This document shows, one piece after another, positions 18,526-27,495 of a stretch of DNA of 53,514 nt. Made by a program: the position numbers and the translations under genes. Origin of the DNA: Candidatus Saccharimonadales bacterium (lineage in GTDB: Bacteria; Patescibacteriota; Saccharimonadia; Saccharimonadales; DASWIF01); contig DASWIF010000043.1 in assembly GCA_036397795.1 (NCBI GenBank), forward strand, positions 1 to 53,514. Direction: 5' to 3'. The notes under the pieces were generated by a model. The model searched no databases, had not been told where the DNA came from, and saw nothing but the letters and a program-made list of their open reading frames with translations. Within the stretch, counting starts at the first letter, position 1; every line of letters begins with the position of its first letter.

Positions 18526-19233
18526 GTGACCGAGCGCCAAGCCGCCATCCTTGCGGCCATCGTTGAGCAGTATGCCGAAGTTATGTCTCCAGTCGGGTCC
18601 GTGACCCTGGCTAAGCTCTTTAACGCCTCTTCCGCTACAATTCGGGCCGAAATGGCCAAGCTGGAGGAAATGGGCTATGTTACCCATCCGCATACTAGCG
18701 CTGGCCGTATTCCGACCGACCAAGGCTACCGCTGGTTTGTTAACAGTTTAGGCGAACAAGACAAGGTTGGTGCCCCGACCATCAATCGCAGTGCGAGAGC
18801 GATTGATACCAGAGTTAGAAATGCTGGTGAACCGGATCAAGCTATTAGATCGGCTGTCCGTTCACTGGTTGAACTGACACAAAACGTTGGCCTGGCGACC
18901 ATTGGGCCGTCGCTTTATGTTAGAGGTTTTGCCAGCTTGTTTGACCAGCCTGAACTGATGAACTTCACTTCGGCTCGAGAGGTCGCCAGCTTGCTAGATA
19001 ACCTTGAGCCCTGGCTGAAAGAAGCCGGACTTAACCAGCCCCTAAGCGTTTATATCGGGCGGGAAAACCCGATTGGTAAAAACAGCGGCTGTACGCTAAT
19101 CATCTCTCGGTTTAGATCACCTTACTCTGATGAAAGTTATATCGGGGTTCTAGGCCCGACCAGACAGGATTACCGGACAGTTATTAACCTGGTTAGACAC
19201 ACCGGTCGGATGTTAGAAACCGTTCTCAATTAG
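18526..19233 (+). CDS. hrcA: heat-inducible transcription repressor HrcA (short form)
   Basis: N-terminal wHTH ERQAAILAAIVEQY...GSVTLAK...SSATIRAEMAKLEEMGYV..PHTSAGRIPT. Sits upstream of grpE-dnaK-dnaJ with CIRCE sites. Confidence 0.85.
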   Translation: MTERQAAILAAIVEQYAEVMSPVGSVTLAKLFNASSATIRAEMAKLEEMGYVTHPHTSAGRIPTDQGYRWFVNSLGEQDKVGAPTINRSARAIDTRVRNAGEPDQAIRSAVRSLVELTQNVGLATIGPSLYVRGFASLFDQPELMNFTSAREVASLLDNLEPWLKEAGLNQPLSVYIGRENPIGKNSGCTLIISRFRSPYSDESYIGVLGPTRQDYRTVINLVRHTGRMLETVLN

Positions 19234-19234
19234 A

Positions 19235-19714
19235 ATGAAGAAATCGACCAAACTCACCAGATCCAGTCCCGTCGCCCAGCTTGAAGCCAAGGTTGCGGAA
19301 TTGACTGACGATCTCCAGCGAGCCCGCGCTGACTTCATCAACTATAAGCAAAGGGCCGAGGTCGACAAGCATCGCTCAGTTCAGTTTGGCCGGGAGTCAG
19401 CTGTCATGTCGTTATTACCGATAATTGATAATATCGAACGCGCTCTTTCGCATCTTCCACCAGAGCTTAAAAGTAACGAGTGGGCTCAGGGTGTTAAGTC
19501 GATCGCCAAGCAGTTGCAGGATTCGCTTAAGGGTGTGGGTGTTGAAAAGATTAACTCGATTGCCCAACCGTTTGATCCCAACTTGCACGAGGCCATTGAG
19601 CTAGAAGACGGTACTGGCCATAAAGAAACAGTGGTGGAGGAGCTTCAACCCGGCTATACCATGGACGGCGAGGTCATTCGTCACGCGATAGTTAAAGTTA
19701 AGAGGGGTAAGTAA
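19235..19714 (+). CDS. grpE: nucleotide exchange factor GrpE
   Basis: RARADFINYKQRAE motif and the GrpE C-terminal beta domain. Confidence 0.9.
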   Translation: MKKSTKLTRSSPVAQLEAKVAELTDDLQRARADFINYKQRAEVDKHRSVQFGRESAVMSLLPIIDNIERALSHLPPELKSNEWAQGVKSIAKQLQDSLKGVGVEKINSIAQPFDPNLHEAIELEDGTGHKETVVEELQPGYTMDGEVIRHAIVKVKRGK

Positions 19715-19899
19715 TGGAAAGCGCCGACCCAAGGTACTATGAGGCTATCGAGGATGTTCGCCAGACACTAGATCAACCGGTGATTGACAGATTATCAGAG
19801 CGACCAACTGATCCAGCCGATGCCCTTGAAGACACTGGTGAACTAGAAAAAATTATCATTAACGCAGCTCGTAAGAAATACGAAGGCAAGGAGAATTAG
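19714..19899 (+). CDS. 61 aa acidic protein of unknown function within the chaperone operon
   Basis: TAATG stop-start overlap with grpE. Ends 3 nt before dnaK. Confidence 0.5.
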   Translation: MESADPRYYEAIEDVRQTLDQPVIDRLSERPTDPADALEDTGELEKIIINAARKKYEGKEN

Positions 19900-19902
19900 G
19901 CA

Positions 19903-21810
19903 ATGGGTAAAGTTCTAGGAATCGATTTAGGTACGACAAACTCGGCCATGGCCGTTATGGAAGGCGGCAAGCCGGAAATCATTACCAATAAAGAAGGCAA
20001 CCGCACTACCCCGAGCGTCGTCGCCATTAATAAAGGCAAGGAGCGCTTAGTGGGCGAGGTGGCCAAGCGCCAACGGGTGACCAATCCCGAAAATACTATC
20101 TTTGGGGTCAAGCGGTTGATCGGGCGCCGGTTTGAAGACAAGGAAGTTCAAAAGGATATCGATTTGATGCCGTATAAGATCGTTAAGAGCGGTAAAAGCG
20201 GCGTTAAAGTCAGACTAGGCGATAAAGACTACAGCTCGGAAGAGATCTCCGCTATGATACTTAGCAAAATCAAAGCCGACGCCGAGGCCTACCTTGGTAG
20301 CGATGTGACCGAAGCTGTCATTACGGTGCCAGCCTATTTTGACGATTCGCAGCGCCAAGCCACTAAAGACGCCGGTAAGATTGCCGGTTTGGAGGTCAAG
20401 CGCATCATAAACGAGCCTACGGCCGCCGCGCTAGCCTACGGGTTGGATAAGGCAGGCGATGAAAAAATTGCGGTTTTTGACCTCGGCGGCGGTACTTTTG
20501 ACGTTTCAATTCTGGAACTCGGCGACGGCGTTTTTGAAGTTAAAAGCACTAATGGTGATACCCATCTAGGGGGCGAAGACTTTGATATGGCCGTGGTGAA
20601 CCATCTGCTCGCCGAATTTAAGAAAAACAGTGGTATCGATCTTAAGGACGATAAATCGGCTATGCAACGCCTCAAGGAAGAGGCCGAAAAAGCTAAAAAA
20701 GAACTCTCGACTACAACTGAAGTTGACATTAACCTACCGTTTTTGACGGCTGACGAAAACGGTCCCAAACACTTTGAGCTCAAACTTAGCCGGGCGACAC
20801 TCGAGTCGTTGGTAGCCAGTCTTATCAAAAAGGTTGAAAAGCCGGTCAAGGATGCCCTCAAAGACGCCAAACTAACCGCCAAAGACATCAACAAAGTGAT
20901 TCTAGTTGGCGGTATGACCCGGATGCCGGCCGTTCAAGCCAAGGTCAAGGAACTATTTGGCCAGGACCCTGAACAAGGCGTAAATCCGGACGAAGTTGTC
21001 GCCATCGGTGCTGCCATCCAAGGTGGCGTTCTGGCGGGCGACGTTAAAGATGTGCTGCTGCTAGACGTTACTCCATTAAGTTTAGGGATTGAGACGCTAG
21101 GTGGCGTTATGACCAAGCTGATTGACCGCAATACCACTATTCCGACCAGCAAGTCCGAAGTATTTTCAACGGCAGCTGACAACCAGCCGCAAGTCGAAGT
21201 CCACGTGCTTCAAGGTGAGCGGGAAATGTCAGCTGACAACAACACGCTCGGCCGGTTTGTACTAGACGGAATCGCACCGGCCCCCAGAGGCGTGCCGCAA
21301 GTCGAAGTCAGCTTTAATATTGACGCGAATGGAATTTTAAACGTTACCGCTAAAGACAAAGCGTCAGGTAAAGAACAATCAATCACAATCAAAGACTCGG
21401 GGAACCTCGACAAAGAGGCGATTGAAAAGGCCCAAAAAGAAGCCGAAGAACACGCCGAGGAAGACAAAAGAAAACGGGCCGCGATTGACGCTAAGAACTT
21501 GCTTTCAACGGCAATCTACTCCGCTGAAAAAATGAAAGATGACTACAAAGACAAGTTAAGCGACGAAGATAAGCAAGTTATCGATGAAGCTATTGTTGAG
21601 GCCAAGAAGCACGAGTCGGCCGACGACAAGGAAGCGCTGGAGAAAGCTGCTAAGGGACTTAACGACAAAATCATGCCGATCGGCGCCAAACTGTACGAAG
21701 CAGCTGATGCCAAAAAGGACGAAGAGGCTGACAAAGCCGATGAAAAGAAGGATACTAAGTCCAAGAAAAAGGGAGACGACGCCGTCGAGGGCGAAGTAGT
21801 CGATTCGTAG
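19903..21810 (+). CDS. dnaK: molecular chaperone DnaK (Hsp70)
   Basis: [17 protein letters not shown], the full Hsp70 architecture, and a Lys/Glu-rich tail. Confidence 0.97.
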   Translation: MGKVLGIDLGTTNSAMAVMEGGKPEIITNKEGNRTTPSVVAINKGKERLVGEVAKRQRVTNPENTIFGVKRLIGRRFEDKEVQKDIDLMPYKIVKSGKSGVKVRLGDKDYSSEEISAMILSKIKADAEAYLGSDVTEAVITVPAYFDDSQRQATKDAGKIAGLEVKRIINEPTAAALAYGLDKAGDEKIAVFDLGGGTFDVSILELGDGVFEVKSTNGDTHLGGEDFDMAVVNHLLAEFKKNSGIDLKDDKSAMQRLKEEAEKAKKELSTTTEVDINLPFLTADENGPKHFELKLSRATLESLVASLIKKVEKPVKDALKDAKLTAKDINKVILVGGMTRMPAVQAKVKELFGQDPEQGVNPDEVVAIGAAIQGGVLAGDVKDVLLLDVTPLSLGIETLGGVMTKLIDRNTTIPTSKSEVFSTAADNQPQVEVHVLQGEREMSADNNTLGRFVLDGIAPAPRGVPQVEVSFNIDANGILNVTAKDKASGKEQSITIKDSGNLDKEAIEKAQKEAEEHAEEDKRKRAAIDAKNLLSTAIYSAEKMKDDYKDKLSDEDKQVIDEAIVEAKKHESADDKEALEKAAKGLNDKIMPIGAKLYEAADAKKDEEADKADEKKDTKSKKKGDDAVEGEVVDS

Positions 21811-21836
21811 TTGGTATATGGTAGCTCGTAACTTGT

Positions 21837-22232
21837 ATGAAGAAAATCAGAAAATTTACTGACCTTGAGGCTTGGCAGGTTGTTCATCAGCTTCGGATTG
21901 CTGTATTAAAGGAAATACGATCCTTCCCCAAAGAATATGATTTCGGGTTGTCAACACAAATCCAGCGCTCGGCTGTGTCCGTTGGTTCAAACATCGCCGA
22001 AGGTTTCGGGAGAATTTCTGTAAAAGAGAAGCTTCGTTTCTATGACATAGCACGTGGGTCTCTCACTGAGTTGCAGGATAAGTTAATTACCGCCAGAGAC
22101 ATAGGGGTTTTGGAGAGCAGTCGGTTTAATACACTTGCTGAGATGTCAGTACGGTCGCAGAAGCTTATAAACGGGTTGATGTGGAGCTTGCGAACTACGA
22201 ACTCCGAACTACGAGATACGTTACATGTCTAA
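21837..22232 (+). CDS. four-helix-bundle protein (23S rRNA intervening-sequence protein family)
   Basis: FTDLEAWQ...FPKEY.F.L..QI.RSAVSVGSNIAEGFGR....E...F..IARGSL.EL signature. Confidence 0.75.
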   Translation: MKKIRKFTDLEAWQVVHQLRIAVLKEIRSFPKEYDFGLSTQIQRSAVSVGSNIAEGFGRISVKEKLRFYDIARGSLTELQDKLITARDIGVLESSRFNTLAEMSVRSQKLINGLMWSLRTTNSELRDTLHV

Positions 22233-23325
22233 ACGCGATTACTACGAAGTTTTGGGAGTCGCCAAAGGCGCTAGTGCTGATGAAATCAAAAAAGCTTACC
22301 GGCGTCTGGCAGTCCAGCTTCATCCTGATAAAGAAGGTGGCTCGGAGGACAAATTTAAAGAACTGAACGAAGCCTACCAGATATTGAGCAATCCGGATAA
22401 GCGCCAGCGCTACGACCAGTTCGGTCACGCCGGAGTCGGTTCTAGCGCCGCTAGCGACGGCGGGGGTTTTGGCGGTTTTGGCGGCCAGGGTCAGAGGGTT
22501 AATTTTGATTTTGGCGATTTAGGCCTTGGCGATATTTTTGAGAGTTTTTTTGGAACCGGATTTGGCAGTCGTGATCGAGCTGGCACCAGGCGCGGGCGGG
22601 ATTTGGAAGAAGAGGTAACACTCACTTTCGAAGAGGCAATTTTTGGCACAGACAAAGAGCTTTACATGTCCGTTGATGAAGCCTGCTCACATTGTCATGG
22701 CACTACAGTTGAACCGGGGCACTCGATGAAAGAATGCTCAACTTGCAGCGGCTCGGGTCAAGTCACCCAAGTCCATAACACCATATTGGGTCAAATCCGC
22801 CAAGCTCAGGTTTGCCCGACTTGCAAAGGCCGGGGCCAGATACCGGAAAAGGTTTGTACAATTTGTAAGGGTGCCGGCGTTGAACGCGAGCACAAGGATG
22901 TAAATATCAAGATTCCGCCCGGCATTGACGATGGTGCCACAATCAGGCTACGTGAGTATGGCGATGCGGTTGCCAATGGTTCTAGAGGTGATTTGTTCGT
23001 TCATATAAAGGTTAAGCCCCACAAAAAGTTTACCCGCGAGGGCGATCTTGTATTGAGCGAAGAGACAATCTCAATGGTTGACGCGACGTTAGGTACCGAA
23101 CTGAAAGTTGACACCGTAGAAGGCCCTAAAACCCTTAAAGTTCCGTCTGGTACCCAACCGGGTACGGATTTTAGACTTAAAGGACTCGGCGTCCCTCACA
23201 TCCGCGGGGGTGGCCGCGGCGACCAAATTGTCAGTATTAAAGTTGAAATACCCAAAAAACTCAGCAAGAAACAGCAAGAAGCTCTAAGAGGGTTTGAAAA
23301 TGGCGGTCACAAACTCTGGCGATAG
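22225..23325 (+). CDS. dnaJ: molecular chaperone DnaJ
   Basis: J-domain with HPD, G/F-rich region, four CxxCxG repeats, C-terminal GDQIVSIKVEIPKKLSKKQ. Confidence 0.95.
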   Translation: MSKRDYYEVLGVAKGASADEIKKAYRRLAVQLHPDKEGGSEDKFKELNEAYQILSNPDKRQRYDQFGHAGVGSSAASDGGGFGGFGGQGQRVNFDFGDLGLGDIFESFFGTGFGSRDRAGTRRGRDLEEEVTLTFEEAIFGTDKELYMSVDEACSHCHGTTVEPGHSMKECSTCSGSGQVTQVHNTILGQIRQAQVCPTCKGRGQIPEKVCTICKGAGVEREHKDVNIKIPPGIDDGATIRLREYGDAVANGSRGDLFVHIKVKPHKKFTREGDLVLSEETISMVDATLGTELKVDTVEGPKTLKVPSGTQPGTDFRLKGLGVPHIRGGGRGDQIVSIKVEIPKKLSKKQQEALRGFENGGHKLWR

Positions 23326-23336
23326 GACACATGTAC

Positions 23337-23365
23337 TTGATTAATATTCTTAACGGTGCTATAAT
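23337..23365 (+). promoter_or_regulatory. sigma70-type promoter positioned for a leaderless transcript
   Basis: TTGATT, 17 nt spacer, TGc-TATAAT (23360-23365). The ATG at 23372 is 7 nt after the -10 and has no SD. Confidence 0.45.
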
Positions 23366-23371
23366 ATACTT

Positions 23372-24862
23372 ATGTCAGAACACTTTTCTGCGAGCAAAAC
23401 AGATATATTACAAAATAGTGAAATACTAGAGCGTTTTGCTGCGCATCCTTTTTCTACCCTTGAAACCTATCAATATTTTAATCAAAAGGGTGAGGCTGCT
23501 AAGCTCGTAAAAGCCGATTTTATAGCCAAAGCTCTGCAAGGTAATTCACCTGAAGCTCCAGATTTTAGTTACGAGTCTATTGATCTCGACGATTTATTAA
23601 TCAAGCGCGATGAGCTCACGGCTATTTTAGAAGAAGTATCTTTACTCGATATGACAAATGAGGAAAATACTCTAGCACGTGAGAATATAACGAATCGCAT
23701 TCACGAAGTCGGCATACTCATCCTCACCAAATTACAGAGCCAAACTGAAGTTGGCTCAGAACAATATGCGAACATTTCATATCAACTAGGTGAAAATATG
23801 CGCGAAGTCTATGGTGTACCAGAAGTAAACCACTGGCGGGGAATACTCGGCTATAGATTATCGCTGCTCAAAGAGGTTGAACACAGGAGTGACGTGCCTG
23901 ATCAAATTATATCAGCATGGCGTCGTATTTCAGATGAGTTTCCAAAAGACCTGCCAATCGAGAAACCTTATCAACCAAGACCAGAAACACTAGCTTGGTA
24001 TAAGGATCGCTTGGATGAGCGGCTTACTCCAGCCCGAGAAGCAGTTACTCGTGCCATAGAAAATGGCGAAGTTGGTTTATCTGATGAGGGTAAACTTGAT
24101 GCTCATAATATTGTCATTGCAACCAGGATAGCTCTTATAGCAGGGGGCGCCACTGGGTGGGGTGCTAAAATTACCACAGCGAGCAATATCGACACGTCCC
24201 AAACGGATATGATGGTTAATGTTCCCGAAACTAGCGAAATGACATTAAGCCAGTTTGACAGCGTAATAAATAGTCACGAAATTGATGAGCATGTTATACG
24301 GCGCGTAAACGGCGACAGCTCTGGCGTAGCAGTTCTTGGGGGTACTGGCTGCAACGGTTATCTTGATTGGGAAGAGGGAAATGGTAGGGCCAATGAGGGT
24401 TTGATTAAGGGGGAAATTATTAATCAGAACAGTGCTTTCTTGTATTTCCTTCACGGCGGACTTGCTCTGGGGCTTGACGGTGACAGGACTGGTCGTACAT
24501 TTGGCGCAACATTTGATCTAGTGTGTTTAATGAATTTAATTGATAGTTTTTTAGAGGGCAAAATTACAGCAGACAATATAGAAACAGAACAACGCAAGGT
24601 TATGGAATCGACTTACAACAGCCTCATGCGTATATACCGAGGCACAGATGGTAAAACACCGGGGGTAATATTTACCAAAGACGTCCTGTCATATTACTTA
24701 GGCCAAGTAAAAGTGTTCAGGAAGTGGGATAATGACATGAAGTTGTCTGAAGAAAAGCGCCTGGAAGAGCATAATCTCGAAAGGCGAGCAAAAATTGACC
24801 CTACACGCCCCGATCATCGACGAGTTGCTTCAAAATATTTACATGCCACCCCGATACGTTAG
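23372..24862 (+). CDS. DUF1704 / MATCAP-like putative metallocarboxypeptidase
   Basis: 496 aa. HExxxH (SHEIDEHV) followed about 30 residues later by WEEGNGRANEGL, resembling the HExxxH...QEGLA gluzincin signature of DUF1704. Visibly more AT-rich than its neighbours. Confidence 0.5.
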   Translation: MSEHFSASKTDILQNSEILERFAAHPFSTLETYQYFNQKGEAAKLVKADFIAKALQGNSPEAPDFSYESIDLDDLLIKRDELTAILEEVSLLDMTNEENTLARENITNRIHEVGILILTKLQSQTEVGSEQYANISYQLGENMREVYGVPEVNHWRGILGYRLSLLKEVEHRSDVPDQIISAWRRISDEFPKDLPIEKPYQPRPETLAWYKDRLDERLTPAREAVTRAIENGEVGLSDEGKLDAHNIVIATRIALIAGGATGWGAKITTASNIDTSQTDMMVNVPETSEMTLSQFDSVINSHEIDEHVIRRVNGDSSGVAVLGGTGCNGYLDWEEGNGRANEGLIKGEIINQNSAFLYFLHGGLALGLDGDRTGRTFGATFDLVCLMNLIDSFLEGKITADNIETEQRKVMESTYNSLMRIYRGTDGKTPGVIFTKDVLSYYLGQVKVFRKWDNDMKLSEEKRLEEHNLERRAKIDPTRPDHRRVASKYLHATPIR

Positions 24863-24869
24863 TTCGGTG

Positions 24870-25106
24870 ATTAGATTTGAAAACAGATACAACGATGTCC
24901 ATGAATAGGGTGAGCAAATTGGGTTGGTTAGAGCGAGTCTGGTTCCCCGAGTTCGGCATCCCCGCCGAAGGGGTTGTTGCTAAAACGACACCGGTGCAGA
25001 CAGCGGCGACCAAATTGTTAGTATCAAAGTAGAAATTCTTAAACGCTTAAGTAAAAAACAAGCCAAAATCTTAAGCGAACTCGAGCGTACCAACCAAAAA
25101 TTCTGA
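24870..25106 (+). pseudogene. decayed second copy of the dnaJ 3' end
   Basis: 25005-25106 translates to GDQIVSIKVEILKRLSKKQAKILSELERTNQKF*, compared with GDQIVSIKVEIPKKLSKKQQEALRGFE in intact DnaJ. Upstream similarity (LK.DT, G.P, VPRVR) is weaker, crosses stops at 24906 and 24981, and needs a frame change. Confidence 0.65.
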
Positions 25107-25184
25107 CTGAGAACTCTAGTCGTATGATGTGATTGGCGCTTAGGAAGTTTAGTTTTTTAAATACATTAGTTTAAGCTTAGTCGC

Positions 25185-26147
25185 ATGAAGAACCGAGGCA
25201 ATCCGACATTAGGCATATTCCGCGAGCGACGCAATATTGACTATTTCGAATTTAAAGCGCCGCATTATGAACTAGCCCATTTTGAGCTCTATAAAAAACT
25301 GCTGCAAAAGGGCATTCAACTGGCAATTTTGATGGGGCAGTCGACATATGTTAGCGGGAATCAGTTTTCGCGTCATTGGCAAGTAGTTTTTGAAAAACGC
25401 CTGAGCCCAAAATTTTTACCGGCTGGGGCGGTTGAGCCGAATCTCATTCTAGTCAAGGATGAGCTTAAGTTTGATGAGCGAGCTTCTACTTTAAACAACT
25501 CAGAAATTATTGAAATCGCAGCCAATAAACAAAGAACATATGAATTATTTAGCGATCTACAACCCACCACGTTTGTAGCAAAAAACAAATCCGAGTTGGC
25601 GGTCGCGTTGGATAAACTCGCAGGCGATTCGGTGGTGGTCAAGGGTTTTTATGGTAATTCAGGCCAGACAGTAGAGATCGGTCTTAAGGAGGATGTGTTA
25701 AGTAATAAATGGGTTTGGCCTGTCCAAGCTCAGGAATTTGTCGATACATCTGGGGGTATTCCTGGTCTAGTCGAGGGTCGCCATGATTTGAGAGTTATCA
25801 TGGCCAACAACCAGCCTATTTTGGGTAAGATCCGTACCCCACCTCGCGGCGGTCTTAAGTCTAATACAGGCTATGGCGGCAATAACTGGCTGATAGCTGT
25901 AGACTCGTTGCCGAGAGACGTCTTATCACTCACTAAGTCAATAGATAATAGGTTGTCGTCCATCTCCCCCTGGCGCCTGTACTCAATCGATCTTGGGCTG
26001 ACTAATAGAGGATATCGACTTTTTGAATTAAACGATAAACCTGGTGTAGTTAGCCTCTCCCAGGGCGAGCCAGCTACGTTTTATCAAAATGCCTATGTTG
26101 ATTTTCTAGTTAATGCGACAAAATGGTATGCGGAAAGGGCTCTATGA
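25185..26147 (+). CDS. ATP-grasp amidoligase (RimK/YheCD/TTL-like), specificity unknown
   Basis: VVVKGFYGNSGQTVEIG, HDLRVIM, GLKSNTGYGG, and LFELNDKPG parallel the RimK motifs in the downstream gene. Confidence 0.6.
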   Translation: MKNRGNPTLGIFRERRNIDYFEFKAPHYELAHFELYKKLLQKGIQLAILMGQSTYVSGNQFSRHWQVVFEKRLSPKFLPAGAVEPNLILVKDELKFDERASTLNNSEIIEIAANKQRTYELFSDLQPTTFVAKNKSELAVALDKLAGDSVVVKGFYGNSGQTVEIGLKEDVLSNKWVWPVQAQEFVDTSGGIPGLVEGRHDLRVIMANNQPILGKIRTPPRGGLKSNTGYGGNNWLIAVDSLPRDVLSLTKSIDNRLSSISPWRLYSIDLGLTNRGYRLFELNDKPGVVSLSQGEPATFYQNAYVDFLVNATKWYAERAL

Positions 26148-26596
26148 AAAATCTTACTAAGCAAGTTTTGGGTCGAGCAGCACAAGTTAACCTGCCGGAA
26201 TTCGGCGTGTCGGGCCTGCCAGCCAAAGTGGATACAGGCGCCTATAGTAGTTCGATTGACTGTTCAAAAGTAGTAGAGTTGGAGAAAAACGGTCAGAAAG
26301 TGTTGGAATTCACATTGTTTCACCCAGACAACCCACTCTATAGCGGTGCAATTCTAGCTACCAGCGACTATACCACCACCGAAGTCACTAGCTCACACGG
26401 AGTTAGCCAGCGTTTTGTACTCTATACAGATATAGAATTAAATGGTAGGGTTGTGCGATCCAGAATTACGTTGACGAATCGTAAGGGTTTACGTTACCCA
26501 TTGCTGTTGGGGCGTCAGTTTTTAACCAAACAATTCTTGGTTGATGTCGATCTAGGTACCGGCTTGCCAGGTGACGAAGAGGAGCGAAATTTATGA
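26144..26596 (+). CDS. retropepsin-like aspartic peptidase (RimB / 'ATP-dependent zinc protease' family)
   Basis: KVDTGAYSSS aspartic-protease-type DTG motif. About 150 aa. ATGA overlap with both flanking genes. The RimK partnership is typical of this family. Confidence 0.6.
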   Translation: MKNLTKQVLGRAAQVNLPEFGVSGLPAKVDTGAYSSSIDCSKVVELEKNGQKVLEFTLFHPDNPLYSGAILATSDYTTTEVTSSHGVSQRFVLYTDIELNGRVVRSRITLTNRKGLRYPLLLGRQFLTKQFLVDVDLGTGLPGDEEERNL

Positions 26597-27495
26597 AAAT
26601 TGCGATTTTATCTCGCGGGCGGGATAATTACACTACCAAACGTCTGGTTGAAGAAATCAAAAAAGCTGGTCACACTGCCCAAGTTGTCAATCATGCCGAA
26701 TGCTATGTAGAAATTGAACAAGACACGCCCGACGTAAGATATCGAGGAGAGGACATCAGCGGGATTGATGTGATTATCCCGAGAATTGGGGCCAGTATTA
26801 CTACCTACGGTTCAGCTATCGTCCGCCAATTCGAGATGATGGGCGTTTACACGACGGCTAAATCAATCGCCATTCAGCGATCACGTGATAAATTACGCAG
26901 TCTGCAGCTGTTGAGCAGAACTGGCGTCGGGATTCCACGGACAATCTTTAGCCGTGAAACCAGCGAAGTAGATGACTTAGTCGAACAAATCGGCGCCCCG
27001 ATGATTGTCAAGGTTGCACGAGGTACGCACGGCCGCGGTGTAGTGCTGGCCGAGACCAAAAAAGCAGCCAAATCAGTCATCCAGGCTTTTTACGTGGAGC
27101 AGGTGTCAATTTTGCTCCAGGAGTTTATCGAAGAATCGGCCGGGAGCGACATCAGGGCTCTAGTAGTTGGCGGTCGGGTGGTGGCCAGCATGCAACGGCA
27201 GAGTTTAACGGACGACTTTCGAAGCAATCTCCACCAGGGTGGTGAGGGCAAAAAGGTAAAGTTGACCGAAGAAGAGCGGAAAACAGCCCTGAAGGCTGCG
27301 CAGGCGATGGGTTTGTCAATCTGTGGTGTCGATATGGTTAGAAGTAAACGCGGTCCGTTGGTTTTGGAGGTAAACTCTTCACCTGGGCTTCAGGGAATCG
27401 AAACCGTTACTGGTCGCAACATCGCTAAAAAAATTATCGAATACATCGAGGTTAATGCTAAACGTAAGCTCAAAAAGGACAAGGTGGGTGCGTAG
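26593..27495 (+). CDS. rimK: RimK-family alpha-L-glutamate ligase (ribosomal protein S6 modification-type ATP-grasp)
   Basis: MIVKVARGTHGRGVVLAE, DIRALVVGGRVV, FRSNLHQGG, GVDMV...LVLEVNSSPG. Confidence 0.85.
   Translation: MKIAILSRGRDNYTTKRLVEEIKKAGHTAQVVNHAECYVEIEQDTPDVRYRGEDISGIDVIIPRIGASITTYGSAIVRQFEMMGVYTTAKSIAIQRSRDKLRSLQLLSRTGVGIPRTIFSRETSEVDDLVEQIGAPMIVKVARGTHGRGVVLAETKKAAKSVIQAFYVEQVSILLQEFIEESAGSDIRALVVGGRVVASMQRQSLTDDFRSNLHQGGEGKKVKLTEEERKTALKAAQAMGLSICGVDMVRSKRGPLVLEVNSSPGLQGIETVTGRNIAKKIIEYIEVNAKRKLKKDKVGA

Noticed and set aside
24801-25013. 70 aa minus-strand ORF
   Set aside because: It overlaps the end of the 23372 gene and the dnaJ relic. The plus-strand similarity to DnaJ explains this sequence better.
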